Below, one piece after another: positions 20,521 through 31,015 of a stretch of 64,000 nucleotides of DNA. The number at the start of each line of letters is the position of its first letter. Positions within the stretch are counted from its first letter, which is position 1. This DNA is from Gammaproteobacteria bacterium (lineage in GTDB: Bacteria; Pseudomonadota; Gammaproteobacteria; Eutrophobiales; Eutrophobiaceae). Location: assembly GCA_965222155.1 (NCBI GenBank), contig CBDCTH010000012.1:2400001-2464000 (forward strand). The letters are read 5' to 3'. The position numbers and the translations under genes are program-made. Under the pieces are notes generated by a model, which saw nothing but the letters and a program-made list of their open reading frames with translations, was not told the origin of the DNA and made no database searches.

Positions 20521-20724
20521 GTTGAAGGCTACTCTTTAACAGTTAAAGCTTATGCTCGTATTGCAGAACTTGAGGGGACATACACAGAGTCATCGCAAGC
20601 TTTTGCAGCCATGTGGTTTCACGACTCCATTGCCTGCGTATGGGAAGAAGGAATCAAACCTGGGATCGAGGATGCAAGATATCTACCAGTCCGATATCGG
20701 CTGCACGTTGCCCGATATCGATGA
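20521..20724 (+). pseudogene. Internal fragment of a TIR-like/nucleoside deoxyribosyltransferase-like protein
   Basis: LTVKAYARIAEL...SSQAFAAMWF...WEEGIKPGIEDARYLPVR, truncated at both ends. Confidence 0.5.
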
Positions 20725-20726
20725 AA

Positions 20727-20847
20727 TACACACGTTCGTAGAAATTTATCAGGTATTAGTACATTCAATTAAAAAATTACATGTACGTGTAATATTTGTT
20801 TGGAAATCAACGTATTCATGATAATATTACACGAACGTACATATTAT
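20727..20847. promoter_or_regulatory. Putative HipB operators
   Basis: Three related imperfect palindromes (consensus TTACACGnnCGTGTAA) at about 20729, 20777-20792 and 20827-20842, directly upstream of hipB. Confidence 0.55.
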
Positions 20848-20857
20848 GGGGATTGAT

Positions 20858-21129
20858 ATGGCAGAAAATTCGCCTGAATTACAACAGATACGAACATCTG
20901 TTGAACTTGGCCTAGCAGTCCGCCGACACCGAAAAGCCCGCCACTTGACACAAGATAAAGTTGCTGGTTTAACTAATGTCAGTGTCGGCTTTCTCTCCGA
21001 CTTTGAAAACGGCAAGCCTTCAACCGAGGTCGGTAAGATCCTGGACACGCTGAATACGCTACGCTGGGCCTGGACGTGTATGTGGCGCCGCGAGGCCTCC
21101 TATCCCGAACATTGAAAGATAAAACATGA
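20858..21129 (+). pseudogene. hipB: HipB-like HTH antitoxin, frameshifted near its C-terminus
   Basis: LTQDKVAGLTNVSVGFLSDFENGK HTH. Tandem duplication ACGCT-ACGCT at 21056-21065; removing one copy restores LNTLGLDVYV... and an ATGA overlap with hipA. Confidence 0.8.
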
Positions 21130-22397
21130 CCGATCCCGATACTCTAAACGTATGGTATGAAGATCGATTGGTTGGTACCCTCCGGCGAAACGCAACGAAT
21201 CAGGTTGGCTTTCAATATTGCAACGAGTGGCTAACCAGCCGTAACGGGTTCGCCATCTCCATATCGTTACCGCTAAGCCCTGATCCTTATCGGCCGGAAG
21301 ACGCCCTGGCCCAGCGTTTCTTTGCCAACCTGCTGCCCGAGGGTCGGGTAAGAGAAAACATTGTGCGGGACCTGAAAATACCGGACTCGGATTTTGACCT
21401 GTTACGGGCGATCGGAGGAGAGTGTGCCGGGGCATTGTCAATCCTGCCTGATGATTGCGCACCCGTCGTTGAGATGACATATCAGGAAATGACGACAGAG
21501 GCGTTCCGGGACCTGGTACTCCGTAAGGGACAAATTTATGCCGGCCCCCATGCCGGAGCGACAGCGCATCAATTACCCCGTCTTTCCCTGGCCGGCACCC
21601 AGGAAAAGTGTCCGGTGCTGCTCCGCGAGGGCCAATTCTTTCTACCGCAGGGAGAGGCTCCATCAAGCCACATCCTCAAATTTGCCATAACGGACTATCG
21701 GCATGTACCCGCGTATGAGACCGTATTAACCGATTTGGCCCGGCGCATCGGTTTGCATACGGCTGTTGTCGAGTTTCACTACCTGCGAGTTGATAAACAT
21801 GCGCACGATTACCTGGTGATTGAGCGATATGATCGCGAGGTCACGGCTAGCGGCGACGTACGCCGGTTGCACCAGGAAGATTTCTGCCAGGCATTGGGAG
21901 TTGGCAGGGAACGCAAATACGAGGCTGGCGGCGGCGTTAGTTTCACCGACTGTTTCCGGTTGCTTCGAGAGGTATCTTCCGAACCAGCGCTGGATACCGA
22001 GCAATTGCTCCGCTGGCAGATCTTTAACTATCTTGCCGGCAACTCCGATGGCCACGCCAAGAACCTGTCACTGCTCCACCATGAGGATAATACCATCCGA
22101 CTGGCCCCTTTCTACGATCTGGTCTGTACACGGGCCATCGAGCGAATTGACCAGAAACTCGCCTTGGCAGTGGGCGGAGAACACATGCCGGGGAACATCC
22201 AACCGGTTCATTGGCAAAAGCAGGCTGCAACACTCAACATCAGGCCCAGCTACCTGCAAACTCTGGTTATTGAAACAGCGGAGCGGGTCGGTCAAGAGAT
22301 TGAACCCGCGGTTGAGGCATTCCAACAAAAACACGGTGACTATCCCGCTCTCCAGCGTGTACTACAGGCGGTTGAACGGCAATGCCGGAAATCGTAA
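21126..22397 (+). CDS. hipA: HipA serine/threonine kinase toxin
   Basis: ISISLPL, FFANLLPEG, SLAGTQEK, RLHQEDFCQALG, GNSDGHAKN and LAPFYDL. Confidence 0.93.
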   Translation: MTDPDTLNVWYEDRLVGTLRRNATNQVGFQYCNEWLTSRNGFAISISLPLSPDPYRPEDALAQRFFANLLPEGRVRENIVRDLKIPDSDFDLLRAIGGECAGALSILPDDCAPVVEMTYQEMTTEAFRDLVLRKGQIYAGPHAGATAHQLPRLSLAGTQEKCPVLLREGQFFLPQGEAPSSHILKFAITDYRHVPAYETVLTDLARRIGLHTAVVEFHYLRVDKHAHDYLVIERYDREVTASGDVRRLHQEDFCQALGVGRERKYEAGGGVSFTDCFRLLREVSSEPALDTEQLLRWQIFNYLAGNSDGHAKNLSLLHHEDNTIRLAPFYDLVCTRAIERIDQKLALAVGGEHMPGNIQPVHWQKQAATLNIRPSYLQTLVIETAERVGQEIEPAVEAFQQKHGDYPALQRVLQAVERQCRKS

Positions 22398-22503
22398 CAC
22401 TTTACAGATAAAGTTGTTGCTGTTCGACATCTGACGAGGCAACAGCTCAGCCATTGAGAAACGTTAGATGCTCCTGTTGTTCTATCTCTGTCCATGACAA
22501 ACG

Positions 22504-24843
22504 CTATTGACCATCCGCATTTTCGACGAAATAGCCAAGATTTTCGTAGCCCCGAAGGCGCTTTTCGCTCATACGCCTGAGTATGGGAACAGCCTTATCT
22601 ACATAATCGTAAACACGCACCTCCTGTTTCTCCGGGTGCGGTCGATGAAGACGGCCGACATATTGCGTCAGTATTCCCTTCCAGGAGATTGGCATCGCCA
22701 GAAACAGCGTATCAAGGCGGGCGTCGTCAAAACCTTCGCCGATATAGCGGCCTGTCGCAATCAATAGCCTCTCTTCAGTTTCGGGTATTTCTTCAAGCCG
22801 CTGCATCATCTCGCGACGTTGCCTTATACCCATACCGCCGTGAAGCAGGAGAACGTTGCGAGCGAAACGGCTGAGTCTCTCGGCAAACCAGAGCGCATGG
22901 TCTTTGCGTTCGGTGATGATGACAGGCGAGCGTTGCGCGTCCAGCGCCTTCAATACATCATCGAAAATCAGCGTGTTGCGTTTCTCGTCCGTGGCCAGAG
23001 CCGCGTAAATTCGTTGCATAGGAAAATGCTTTTCCTCAATTTCTGTCGTAATCTGGAAATCAGTTGGGCGCAGGACCACGCAGTGTCTGAACGAGCGCTG
23101 GCGGGCCTGAGCCTTTGCGGTAGTCCGAAATCGGACCGGGCCGCATTGCATGAAGATGATCGGATGGTGTCCATCCTGGCGGGTAACAGTCGCGGACAGT
23201 CCCAGCACATATTTCGCCTGCGCGTGGCGGGTTACGGCTTCAAAACTGACGGCGGATATATGGTGGCATTCATCGACCACCAACTGACCGTAATCGGCAA
23301 GAATATTGTCCACCTTGCCTCTTCGTACCAGGCTCTGAATAACAGCGACATCGACAATGCCACTGAGCTTGCGTTTGCCGCTGCCAACCTGCCCGATTGA
23401 GGAAGCGGGAAGGTCGAGGAACGCGCTGAGCCGAGCGACCCATTGTTCCATGAGTTGACGGCGGTGTACCAGGATGAGTGTGCTGGTCTTGCGAGCGGCA
23501 ATAATGAAGGCGGCGACAACAGTTTTGCCAAACGCAGTGGTTGCTGCCAGCACCCCGGTTTCATGTGCCAGAAGGGCATCGGCAGCCGCCTGCTGCTGCC
23601 ATGTCAGTTCACCGATAAAGGCTGTCTTGACGCTGTGGCCGGTCTGCCGCTCATCGCGCATCCGCACACGAATATCTAATTCCTTGAACAATTGCTCCAT
23701 TTCTTCGCGGCTGCCGCGCGGCAAGGCAATGTGGTGCGACAGCAGTTCTGCGCAAGCGATGATGCGGGGAATGCCAAACGTTGAAAGCCGCATTGCCTGG
23801 GTACGGTAAAAGGCTGGATTCTGGAAAGCCGCAAGCCGGATGAGTCGGTTTATCAAACCTGGAGGCAACTCGGCGCGCGGAATGTAAATCTGATTGCCTA
23901 GAACCACCTCCAGACTCTTGGGCAGTGGGCCTGAAATCCCGGTTACAAGTTTGGGTCCAAAAGGTGGCACGCCCCAGGGTTCCTCATGCTCCTCATCAAG
24001 CGGCCGGCGCAGGTCAATTACCTGAGCTTGCCGATCTGCGGCTTCGACGGCTGCCATTGCTTGCGCCAAGGTCAGGCGGGGTAGTGCCGAGAGAAACGCC
24101 CATTGATCTCGATAGGGCTCGAAACTTTCACCAAGAAAGACACTATTATCATTTTGACGTGGGCCATGTTGCAAGGGCAACGCGATGAGGTTGCCGAAAC
24201 CGCCGACCGGTATGGTATCCTGGCTTGGGAAAAGCCGGTCGTAGGACTCAAAGCCGATGTCGGGATTGCGCTTCATGGTCTCAGTTAACAGATGAGCGCC
24301 AAGGCGTCGAGCAAGCGCCACGGGCAGCGGCCCTGCGAAGAATATCCACACGTGGCCGCCATTGCCGGAGCGCGATCTCTCAAGGGCTGATGGTATCTGT
24401 TTTGACCGGCAGGTCGACAGAAAGGCTTCCGCGTCCCGTTGCCATGTCTGTTTATCGAAATCGGCAGCAAGAAACCAGCAGGTACCGTCTGTAAGCATGG
24501 GATAGACGCCTATCGTTTGACGTCCGCGCAAATGCCCGTCGACCACCTCGTCGGTTATTCTCAGGAAATCTTGATTCGGGCACACACCGCATTTAACCTT
24601 GGGCTTGCCGCATATGCCGGATATCCACTCATTGCCACAGGCCGGCGCATAACCAGCGCTGCCTGTCCTGACATTTTGCCATCGTTTCGGGAATACATCC
24701 TCACGGCCGAGGAACAGAGAACGAAACAGGGCGATCTTTTCACTTACACTGGAAAGGTTTGTAACAAGCTCTTTGGTATGTGGTTTGTCATTTGCGGTGT
24801 TATCCGCATCTCCGGCGTTGGTTAACGCCTTGTTCTGGTGCAT
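22504..24843 (-). CDS. TOTE-type archaeo-eukaryotic primase domain fused to an SF2 (ResIII-like) helicase
   Basis: FRSLFLGREDV, a Cys cluster, FLAADFD, ERSRSGNGGHVW and GFGNLIALPLQ. Helicase motifs TTAFGKT, DECH, LSAT, GEGFD and QYVGRLHR. Confidence 0.8.
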   Translation of the reverse strand: MHQNKALTNAGDADNTANDKPHTKELVTNLSSVSEKIALFRSLFLGREDVFPKRWQNVRTGSAGYAPACGNEWISGICGKPKVKCGVCPNQDFLRITDEVVDGHLRGRQTIGVYPMLTDGTCWFLAADFDKQTWQRDAEAFLSTCRSKQIPSALERSRSGNGGHVWIFFAGPLPVALARRLGAHLLTETMKRNPDIGFESYDRLFPSQDTIPVGGFGNLIALPLQHGPRQNDNSVFLGESFEPYRDQWAFLSALPRLTLAQAMAAVEAADRQAQVIDLRRPLDEEHEEPWGVPPFGPKLVTGISGPLPKSLEVVLGNQIYIPRAELPPGLINRLIRLAAFQNPAFYRTQAMRLSTFGIPRIIACAELLSHHIALPRGSREEMEQLFKELDIRVRMRDERQTGHSVKTAFIGELTWQQQAAADALLAHETGVLAATTAFGKTVVAAFIIAARKTSTLILVHRRQLMEQWVARLSAFLDLPASSIGQVGSGKRKLSGIVDVAVIQSLVRRGKVDNILADYGQLVVDECHHISAVSFEAVTRHAQAKYVLGLSATVTRQDGHHPIIFMQCGPVRFRTTAKAQARQRSFRHCVVLRPTDFQITTEIEEKHFPMQRIYAALATDEKRNTLIFDDVLKALDAQRSPVIITERKDHALWFAERLSRFARNVLLLHGGMGIRQRREMMQRLEEIPETEERLLIATGRYIGEGFDDARLDTLFLAMPISWKGILTQYVGRLHRPHPEKQEVRVYDYVDKAVPILRRMSEKRLRGYENLGYFVENADGQ

Positions 24844-25042
24844 ACTACGACTGCGGTAGCGGGACCGAGGACGCTGTTATTTCGGTACCTGTTGAGTCCG
24901 ACCCCAAACTGTTCCCGGTCAACGGCTTCGAGCCCCGCCATGTACCCGGTAGCGCCGAGGACGCACAGCAAAATGAATCCTTTCCTCAACGTTCAAGTAA
25001 TAAACTATACGTTCTTTCATCACCTGATTTGAATTCATAAAA

Positions 25043-26203
25043 TTAATAATTCCCATTTATGATAGCAGGATAGAGACCGCTATAATGAGATCCCCCCAGG
25101 AACTCCTGCGCCGGTTCTATCCGTTCACCGGTAGGAAAAGATTTGCTCTGCGTGAGATCGCCGACAACTTGTACGCGTTTCAGCGGTTCCGTTGCCAGGA
25201 ATTTTTTAAAGTTGCGGCTCAGTCCGGCGTCTTTCCACTTGACTTCAATGAGTTGATGAGGCTGTTTTTCCCGGGTGATAAGAAAATCGATTTCGTGGCC
25301 GTCCTTGGTTCTGAGGAACTGTAAATCAAGGTCGGCGCCGTCCACGTCCTGTGCCCGTTGTATTTCTTTCAGCAGGGCGCAGGCTACCAGGTTCTCCAGC
25401 CTGGTTCCCTCGTTTCCCTGCACCATGCCGTTGTCATAGAAATAATACTTGGGTTCCTTGAGGAGGGCGCGCGCGATGTTCTTGTGGTAAGGGACCAGCT
25501 TGAATATCACGTACAGATCTCCGAGCAGCTTCAGCCAATGGCTGATTGTATTCGGGCTTTTTTGCAGGTCACGGGCAAGTGAGTTAGCGGAAACGGGACT
25601 GCCTACTCGAGCGCGCAACAATTCAATCAGGGTCTCTATGGATTGAATGTCTCTGACTGGCGTCAGTGTCAGGAGATCCTCTTTCAGGATGAGGTCGATA
25701 TGCGAACGTTTCCAGCGATTATAGTAGCCTTGAGTCCCCTTCAAAAAAGGTTCCGGAAATCCACCCACTGTCATCAGGCGGGTAAATATCTCATCTCTAC
25801 TCAAACCAGAGAACGCTAGCGCTTCCTTGAAATCCAGCGGGTGCAACCGATACTGAAACTGTCTGCCAGCCAGTGAATCGCCCGCCTTGCGGAAAGCCTC
25901 AAGTCTGGCGCTGCCGGTGACCAATAGGGCCGGTGGCATACCTTCAACGTCATAGATGCCTTTCAGCCAGGCCTTCCATTGCTCCATTTTGTGCAGCTCA
26001 TCGAAAATTACCAGTGCCTTTTGCCGGTCCCAGCTTTTTTCCCTGAGCAGTAAACGGTGTTCCGCAAAATCATAATTGATGTACTGGTAGTCGGGATGCA
26101 ACATCCTGGACAAGGTGGTCTTGCCGCACTGGCGCGGCCCGCTGAGTAGCAGTATTTTTTTGCCCAGGTCTTCTGAGAGTGCGGGTATAAGGTATCTTTC
26201 CAC
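25043..26203 (-). CDS. AAA+ ATPase with DUF4143 C-terminus
   Basis: GPRQCGKT, IFDE, VTGS, GGFPE, KYYFYDNG and EIDF...LIEVK. Confidence 0.88.
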   Translation of the reverse strand: MERYLIPALSEDLGKKILLLSGPRQCGKTTLSRMLHPDYQYINYDFAEHRLLLREKSWDRQKALVIFDELHKMEQWKAWLKGIYDVEGMPPALLVTGSARLEAFRKAGDSLAGRQFQYRLHPLDFKEALAFSGLSRDEIFTRLMTVGGFPEPFLKGTQGYYNRWKRSHIDLILKEDLLTLTPVRDIQSIETLIELLRARVGSPVSANSLARDLQKSPNTISHWLKLLGDLYVIFKLVPYHKNIARALLKEPKYYFYDNGMVQGNEGTRLENLVACALLKEIQRAQDVDGADLDLQFLRTKDGHEIDFLITREKQPHQLIEVKWKDAGLSRNFKKFLATEPLKRVQVVGDLTQSKSFPTGERIEPAQEFLGGSHYSGLYPAIINGNY

Positions 26204-26235
26204 GGTAAACGACGCGTTTGAAAAACGCTGTCATA

Positions 26236-26285
26236 TTTTCACCAAACTGACAAAACGTCAAGGCTTTTTGTCAGTTTGGTGAAAA
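26236..26285. promoter_or_regulatory. Perfect 20-bp inverted repeat upstream of the AAA ATPase
   Basis: TTTTCACCAAACTGACAAAA-N10-TTTTGTCAGTTTGGTGAAAA. The spacer contains TTGACG on the minus strand. Confidence 0.65.
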
Positions 26286-26320
26286 AAAGTCGGAATTATC
26301 GAAAAACCGTTTCAGCTACG

Positions 26321-27481
26321 CTACTGACCGGCAGCGTTCAGTAACTGCTCTACCTTATCCGTTTTTTCCCAGGTGAAATCCGCTTCCTCACGACCGAAAT
26401 GGCCGTAGGCTGCGGTTTGTTTGAAGATAGGCCTTAACAGGTCCAGTTCCCGGATGATGGCTTTGGGGCGTAAATCAAAGATATCCTGCACCACGGCTTC
26501 GAGTCGGGTTTCCGGGATAACACCCGTGCCGAAAGTGTCGACCATCAGGCTGACCGGCCTGGCGATGCCGATGGCATAAGCTACCTGGATCTCACATCTG
26601 TCGGCCAGGCCGGCGGCGACGATATGTTTGGCGACGTAACGCGCCGCGTACGCCGCCGAACGGTCGACCTTCGACGGGTCCTTGCCGGAAAAAGCGCCGC
26701 CTCCATGGTGGGCGATGCCGCCGTAGGTGTCCACGATGATCTTCCTGCCGGTGAGACCGGTATCGCCTACGGGACCGCCAATGACAAAGCGACCGGTGGG
26801 GTTGACCAGATAGCGGGTTTTAGCGGAGAGCATATCAGCGGGTAGGACTGGTTTGATGATTTCCTCAATAACGGCTTCGGTGACGTCGGCATGACTGACG
26901 TCGGCATCATGCTGGGTTGACAGAATGATCGTATCGACCGCAACCGGCCTGCCGTCTTCATACTGGACGCTGACCTGTGATTTTGCATCGGGCCGTAACC
27001 AGGGCAGTTTCCCGGATTTCCTTACTTCGGCCTGTTTTTTCACCAGGCGGTGAGAGCAGGTAATGGGGAACGGCATCAACACACCGGTCTCATTGCAGGC
27101 ATAGCCGAACACGATGCCCTGGTCGCCGGCACCCTGGTCCAAATCAATACCCTCCCCCTCATTCACTCCCTGGGCGATATCCGGCGATTGTTTATCCAGT
27201 GACATCAGCACCGCACAACCGTTCGCGTCAAACCCCATCTCCGACGAGTCATAACCGATCTCCCTGATGGTCTGCCTGACCACCTCAGGATAGTCGATGG
27301 TCGCATGCGATGTGATCTCACCGGACAGCAGCACCAGCCCTGTTGTAACCAGCGTTTCACAGGCAACCCGCGAACTGCTGTCCTGTTCCAGCAACGCATC
27401 AAGGATTGCATCGGATACCTGGTCGGCGACCTTGTCCGGATGGCCTTCCGACACCGATTCCGAGGTAAACAGGTAATTCAT
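26321..27481 (-). CDS. metK: S-adenosylmethionine synthetase
   Basis: [19 protein letters not shown] and [16 protein letters not shown]. Confidence 0.98.
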   Translation of the reverse strand: MNYLFTSESVSEGHPDKVADQVSDAILDALLEQDSSSRVACETLVTTGLVLLSGEITSHATIDYPEVVRQTIREIGYDSSEMGFDANGCAVLMSLDKQSPDIAQGVNEGEGIDLDQGAGDQGIVFGYACNETGVLMPFPITCSHRLVKKQAEVRKSGKLPWLRPDAKSQVSVQYEDGRPVAVDTIILSTQHDADVSHADVTEAVIEEIIKPVLPADMLSAKTRYLVNPTGRFVIGGPVGDTGLTGRKIIVDTYGGIAHHGGGAFSGKDPSKVDRSAAYAARYVAKHIVAAGLADRCEIQVAYAIGIARPVSLMVDTFGTGVIPETRLEAVVQDIFDLRPKAIIRELDLLRPIFKQTAAYGHFGREEADFTWEKTDKVEQLLNAAGQ

Positions 27482-27729
27482 ACACAGGGATCCAGATTGA
27501 TTGAACGGCCATTCTAACCAGTTCTCCAGGAATTTTATAGCTGTTTCGGATTGGACCCGTGTGAGAGTCATATCTATCCTGTTTTGCTACACCGCTCTTA
27601 TAGATATTCAATAGATATAACAGGAAAACATCTTAATCATCGGCTATGGAATATCGCCATATTTTCTGTTAGGGTAGATTCGTAATTCGTCGTTTGCTTG
27701 CTCTGAACCATACTTTAATTAGAAAACAC

Positions 27730-27863
27730 TGCTCACTCCCGGGGTCGAGGGCATCCTGCCCTCGTGGAGGGCGAGACGCCCTCCCTCCCAAGGAAACATG
27801 GTCAGAGTATGCCCGAATCCGGCAAGAATCACTGTATTGACCTCGATTTAGCAGAAGCACCTG
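27730..27863. repeat. Degenerate copy of the 32110-type MITE with a REP-like hairpin
   Basis: ACTCCCGGGGTC, GAGGGCATCCTGCCCTC...GAGGGCGAGACGCCCTC and AATCACTGTATTGACCTC (identical to about 32210-32227). Confidence 0.6.
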
Positions 27864-27887
27864 TACCTGTGAAAATATCTGCCGGCC

Positions 27888-30800
27888 CTATCCCGCTTTC
27901 CTTGGACTGTAAGCCATAAACGTGCGATATAACAACGGGATGACGAACAGCGTCAGGAACGTTGAAAACACCAGTCCCCATACGATCGCAGTTGCGACAG
28001 GCCCCCAGACAAGCGATTTGCCGGCGAGTCCGGTCGCGAGTGAGAGCAACCCTGCCACCGTGGTTGCCGAGGTGATGACGATAGGGACGACCCGCCTCCG
28101 GGCAGCATAGACCGTTGCGTGCAACAGACTCATGCCGTTTTCAAGACGGGAGTTCGCCGCGGATATCAGGACAATGGCAGCGTTGACTGAAATCCCTGTC
28201 AACGCCACCACACCGTACAAGGTAAACAGGCTCAGGGGATTCCCGGTCACCACCAGACCCAGGGTAACGCCGGTGAATGTCAGCGGCACGGTCACGAGCA
28301 CCATGAAAGGCTGGAAATAACTGCGGAACTGCGTCCCCAGAATGATATAGATGATACCCAGGCCAAGCATCAGAAGTAACCAGATAGCATCCAGGCTTTC
28401 CTGGATATCATCGAGTTCGCCGGTCTGGTCCAGGGATATCTCAGGATACCTGGCCTGCAGGGTGCGCCATTTTTCCGTGATGAGATTATTGGCCTGCAGG
28501 GTATTGATTTGATCCTTGTCTATATCGCTTTCCAGCGTAATGGCCCGGCGGAAGTTATAGTGCCGGATGTTTTGCCGGCCGATTCCCGGTGTACTGATCA
28601 GCAGTTCGCCCAGGGCGATGGAACGACCGTCCGGCAGGGAGATCGTCTGGCGCATCAGGTTATCCGTATTGATATGCCGGTTCTTTTTTGCCAGTACCCG
28701 GACTTTTACTTCTTCACCTTCATCCTGGAAGTCCGTCACGACCTCACCATCCACGTAAGCCTGCAATGCGCGCCCTATGATGGCGGGATTCAAGCCGGTC
28801 CTGTGTATAGCCTCTCCATCCAGGCGCAGCACCAGTTCCGGATTGCCGGGACGATAATCCAGGGTGATGTTTTTATAGACCTGTTGCTGTTCAAGAAAAT
28901 CGCGCAGATCATTGGCTGCCTGCAACATGGTGGGATAGTCACTGCCCAGTATCTTGGCGCTGATGGCCCTGCGCGCCGGCGGGCCTCCCTTCAGCTCCAG
29001 GATGGAAACCTCGACAGGCCCTGGTATGTTCCTGACGCGCTGCAGGACCGCATCGGCGATAACGGAAACATGGCGGCCAGCGCTGGCTTGCGGGTTCAAA
29101 CTGAACATAACCTGGCCCACGGTGTCGCCGAATAACGGCGCTGTCTCGGTAAACTGCTGACCTGCAAAACTGACGGAAGCACGCAGTTCACCCGGGAGAA
29201 ATTCCTTCAATGCCTGCGCTTCCGCGCTGATCAGGGCCCTGCTGGTTTCTTCCAGGGAGGTTCCCTGCGGCATCTCAAGGTTTACGTAAAACAGGCGCAG
29301 GGCATCGGATTCAAAGAAATCGAAGCGAATCCGGCCACTGGCCAGCGTGCCTGCCGCGAGGGAAAGAGTCAGCATTATGCAAACCAGGGTAATAATCGGA
29401 TGGCGCAGGGACTTGGCCAGTGCCTGTGTATAGCGCAGGCGCAGCCAGTAACTGAACGCTTCCCTTTTTCTACTTATGAATCCGAATTTTCTGAAGTTTA
29501 CTTTCAACGCCAGCACGTGAGCCGGCAGAATCCAGTAGGCTTCGAACAGGCTGACGATCAGGGCAATGGTTACCACCAACGGAATGACTTTCATAAACTC
29601 TCCGAGTATGCCGGGCAGCAACACCAGTGGCAGAAAGGCGGCGATAGTCGTCATAACCGAGGTAGTTACCGGGGCGAATACTTCCCTGAACGAATCGATA
29701 ATGGAAGCCATGGCTTCCGCGCCCCGTTGCAGGCGATAGTAAATGGCTTCAACGACAACCACGGCATCATCGACAATCATGCCCAGGACAATCACGACGG
29801 CAAGCAGCACAGTATTATTCATGGTAAAACCGCCGATGTTGATGATGAGAAAAGTGCCGGCAAGGGTAAAAGGGATACCGATGGTGGTCAGTAAGGATAT
29901 CCGGGTTCCCAGAAATAACCAGGTGACGAGCAGGACCAGGACGAGGCCGATAAGGGCGTTGGTTTGCATAATCTTGAGGGCTTCGCGGGTACTGACGGTC
30001 TGATCGTCCGCCAGAATAAGCTCTACACCGGTTGCGTCCTTGAAACGGTTACGGTTGTCAAGGTATTTGTTTACGATATCCACCAGTTCCAGCACGTTCG
30101 CGTCGGGGTTTTTGGTGACGGCAAGGAGTGTGGCGGGTTTGCCCTCATACGTCACAATCTCTCCTGCCTCTTCCCGGGTGCGCGTCAATTCTGCGATAGC
30201 CCCCAGGGGCACTACGCCGGAAGCGGTGATGATAGGAAAATCCCTCATTGCCGAAGGGTCGGGGCTGGTGCCTTGCAGGCGCACAATCCACTTGCCGTCT
30301 GAAGTCTCCAGATCACCGGCGGATATATCGCGGAAATAGGCACGGATGGTCTCGGAAATATCCGCAGGCGTCAGGCCCAGCCCTTCGAGGCGGTCGGAAA
30401 AAAATGCAACCTGCAACTCCGGGTCGGATATACCGATGTCATCTACCCGGTCCACGCCCTTGACCCGTTCCAGGTCTTTTTTTATGAAGCGGGTCTGACG
30501 CCTGAGATTTTCATCATCTCCCGCGCTGGTGACCACCACCATGGCGCTGGGAAACGCATTGGATGTATTGATCTCATAGACTAGCGGGTCTTCCGCATCT
30601 TGCGGCAACTCATCGGTGTAGGTATTCTGCACTTCCCGCCGCAGATCGATCATCCGCTTGTCAAACACCTCGTCATCAATCTGGTTGAAGCGCACCAGGA
30701 TATTGGAAATATTTTCCCGACTGGTGCTGTTCACGAATTTAATGTCCCTGACACTGCGCCGCAATGCGTCTTCGATGGGTGAAGTTACGCGTTTTTCCAC

Positions 30801-30974
30801 GTCGATTGCGGCGGCGCCGGGGAAAACGGTGGCGATGTTCACCCAATTGAAGTTGAGCTCCGGTTCCTTGGCTCTGGGCATTTGCAGGTAGGTGAGTACT
30901 CCCAGGAAGATCACCAGACCGAAAGTCAGGTTCGCCAATACGTGGTTGGATAAAAACCGCTTGATGAAATTCAT
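27888..30974 (-). CDS. RND efflux permease (AcrB/AcrD/AcrF family)
   Basis: 1028 aa, GMIVDDAVVVVE in TM4, two large periplasmic loops and a C-terminal STFLTLFVIP. Confidence 0.93.
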   Translation of the reverse strand: MNFIKRFLSNHVLANLTFGLVIFLGVLTYLQMPRAKEPELNFNWVNIATVFPGAAAIDVEKRVTSPIEDALRRSVRDIKFVNSTSRENISNILVRFNQIDDEVFDKRMIDLRREVQNTYTDELPQDAEDPLVYEINTSNAFPSAMVVVTSAGDDENLRRQTRFIKKDLERVKGVDRVDDIGISDPELQVAFFSDRLEGLGLTPADISETIRAYFRDISAGDLETSDGKWIVRLQGTSPDPSAMRDFPIITASGVVPLGAIAELTRTREEAGEIVTYEGKPATLLAVTKNPDANVLELVDIVNKYLDNRNRFKDATGVELILADDQTVSTREALKIMQTNALIGLVLVLLVTWLFLGTRISLLTTIGIPFTLAGTFLIINIGGFTMNNTVLLAVVIVLGMIVDDAVVVVEAIYYRLQRGAEAMASIIDSFREVFAPVTTSVMTTIAAFLPLVLLPGILGEFMKVIPLVVTIALIVSLFEAYWILPAHVLALKVNFRKFGFISRKREAFSYWLRLRYTQALAKSLRHPIITLVCIMLTLSLAAGTLASGRIRFDFFESDALRLFYVNLEMPQGTSLEETSRALISAEAQALKEFLPGELRASVSFAGQQFTETAPLFGDTVGQVMFSLNPQASAGRHVSVIADAVLQRVRNIPGPVEVSILELKGGPPARRAISAKILGSDYPTMLQAANDLRDFLEQQQVYKNITLDYRPGNPELVLRLDGEAIHRTGLNPAIIGRALQAYVDGEVVTDFQDEGEEVKVRVLAKKNRHINTDNLMRQTISLPDGRSIALGELLISTPGIGRQNIRHYNFRRAITLESDIDKDQINTLQANNLITEKWRTLQARYPEISLDQTGELDDIQESLDAIWLLLMLGLGIIYIILGTQFRSYFQPFMVLVTVPLTFTGVTLGLVVTGNPLSLFTLYGVVALTGISVNAAIVLISAANSRLENGMSLLHATVYAARRRVVPIVITSATTVAGLLSLATGLAGKSLVWGPVATAIVWGLVFSTFLTLFVIPLLYRTFMAYSPRKAG

Positions 30975-31015
30975 GATTACGGTTGCCGGGAGCCGGTTAG
31001 CGCATCCGGCTGGCG

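Noticed and set aside
27482-27700. SAM riboswitch upstream of metK
   Set aside because: No recognisable SAM riboswitch consensus by eye; an Rfam scan would be needed.
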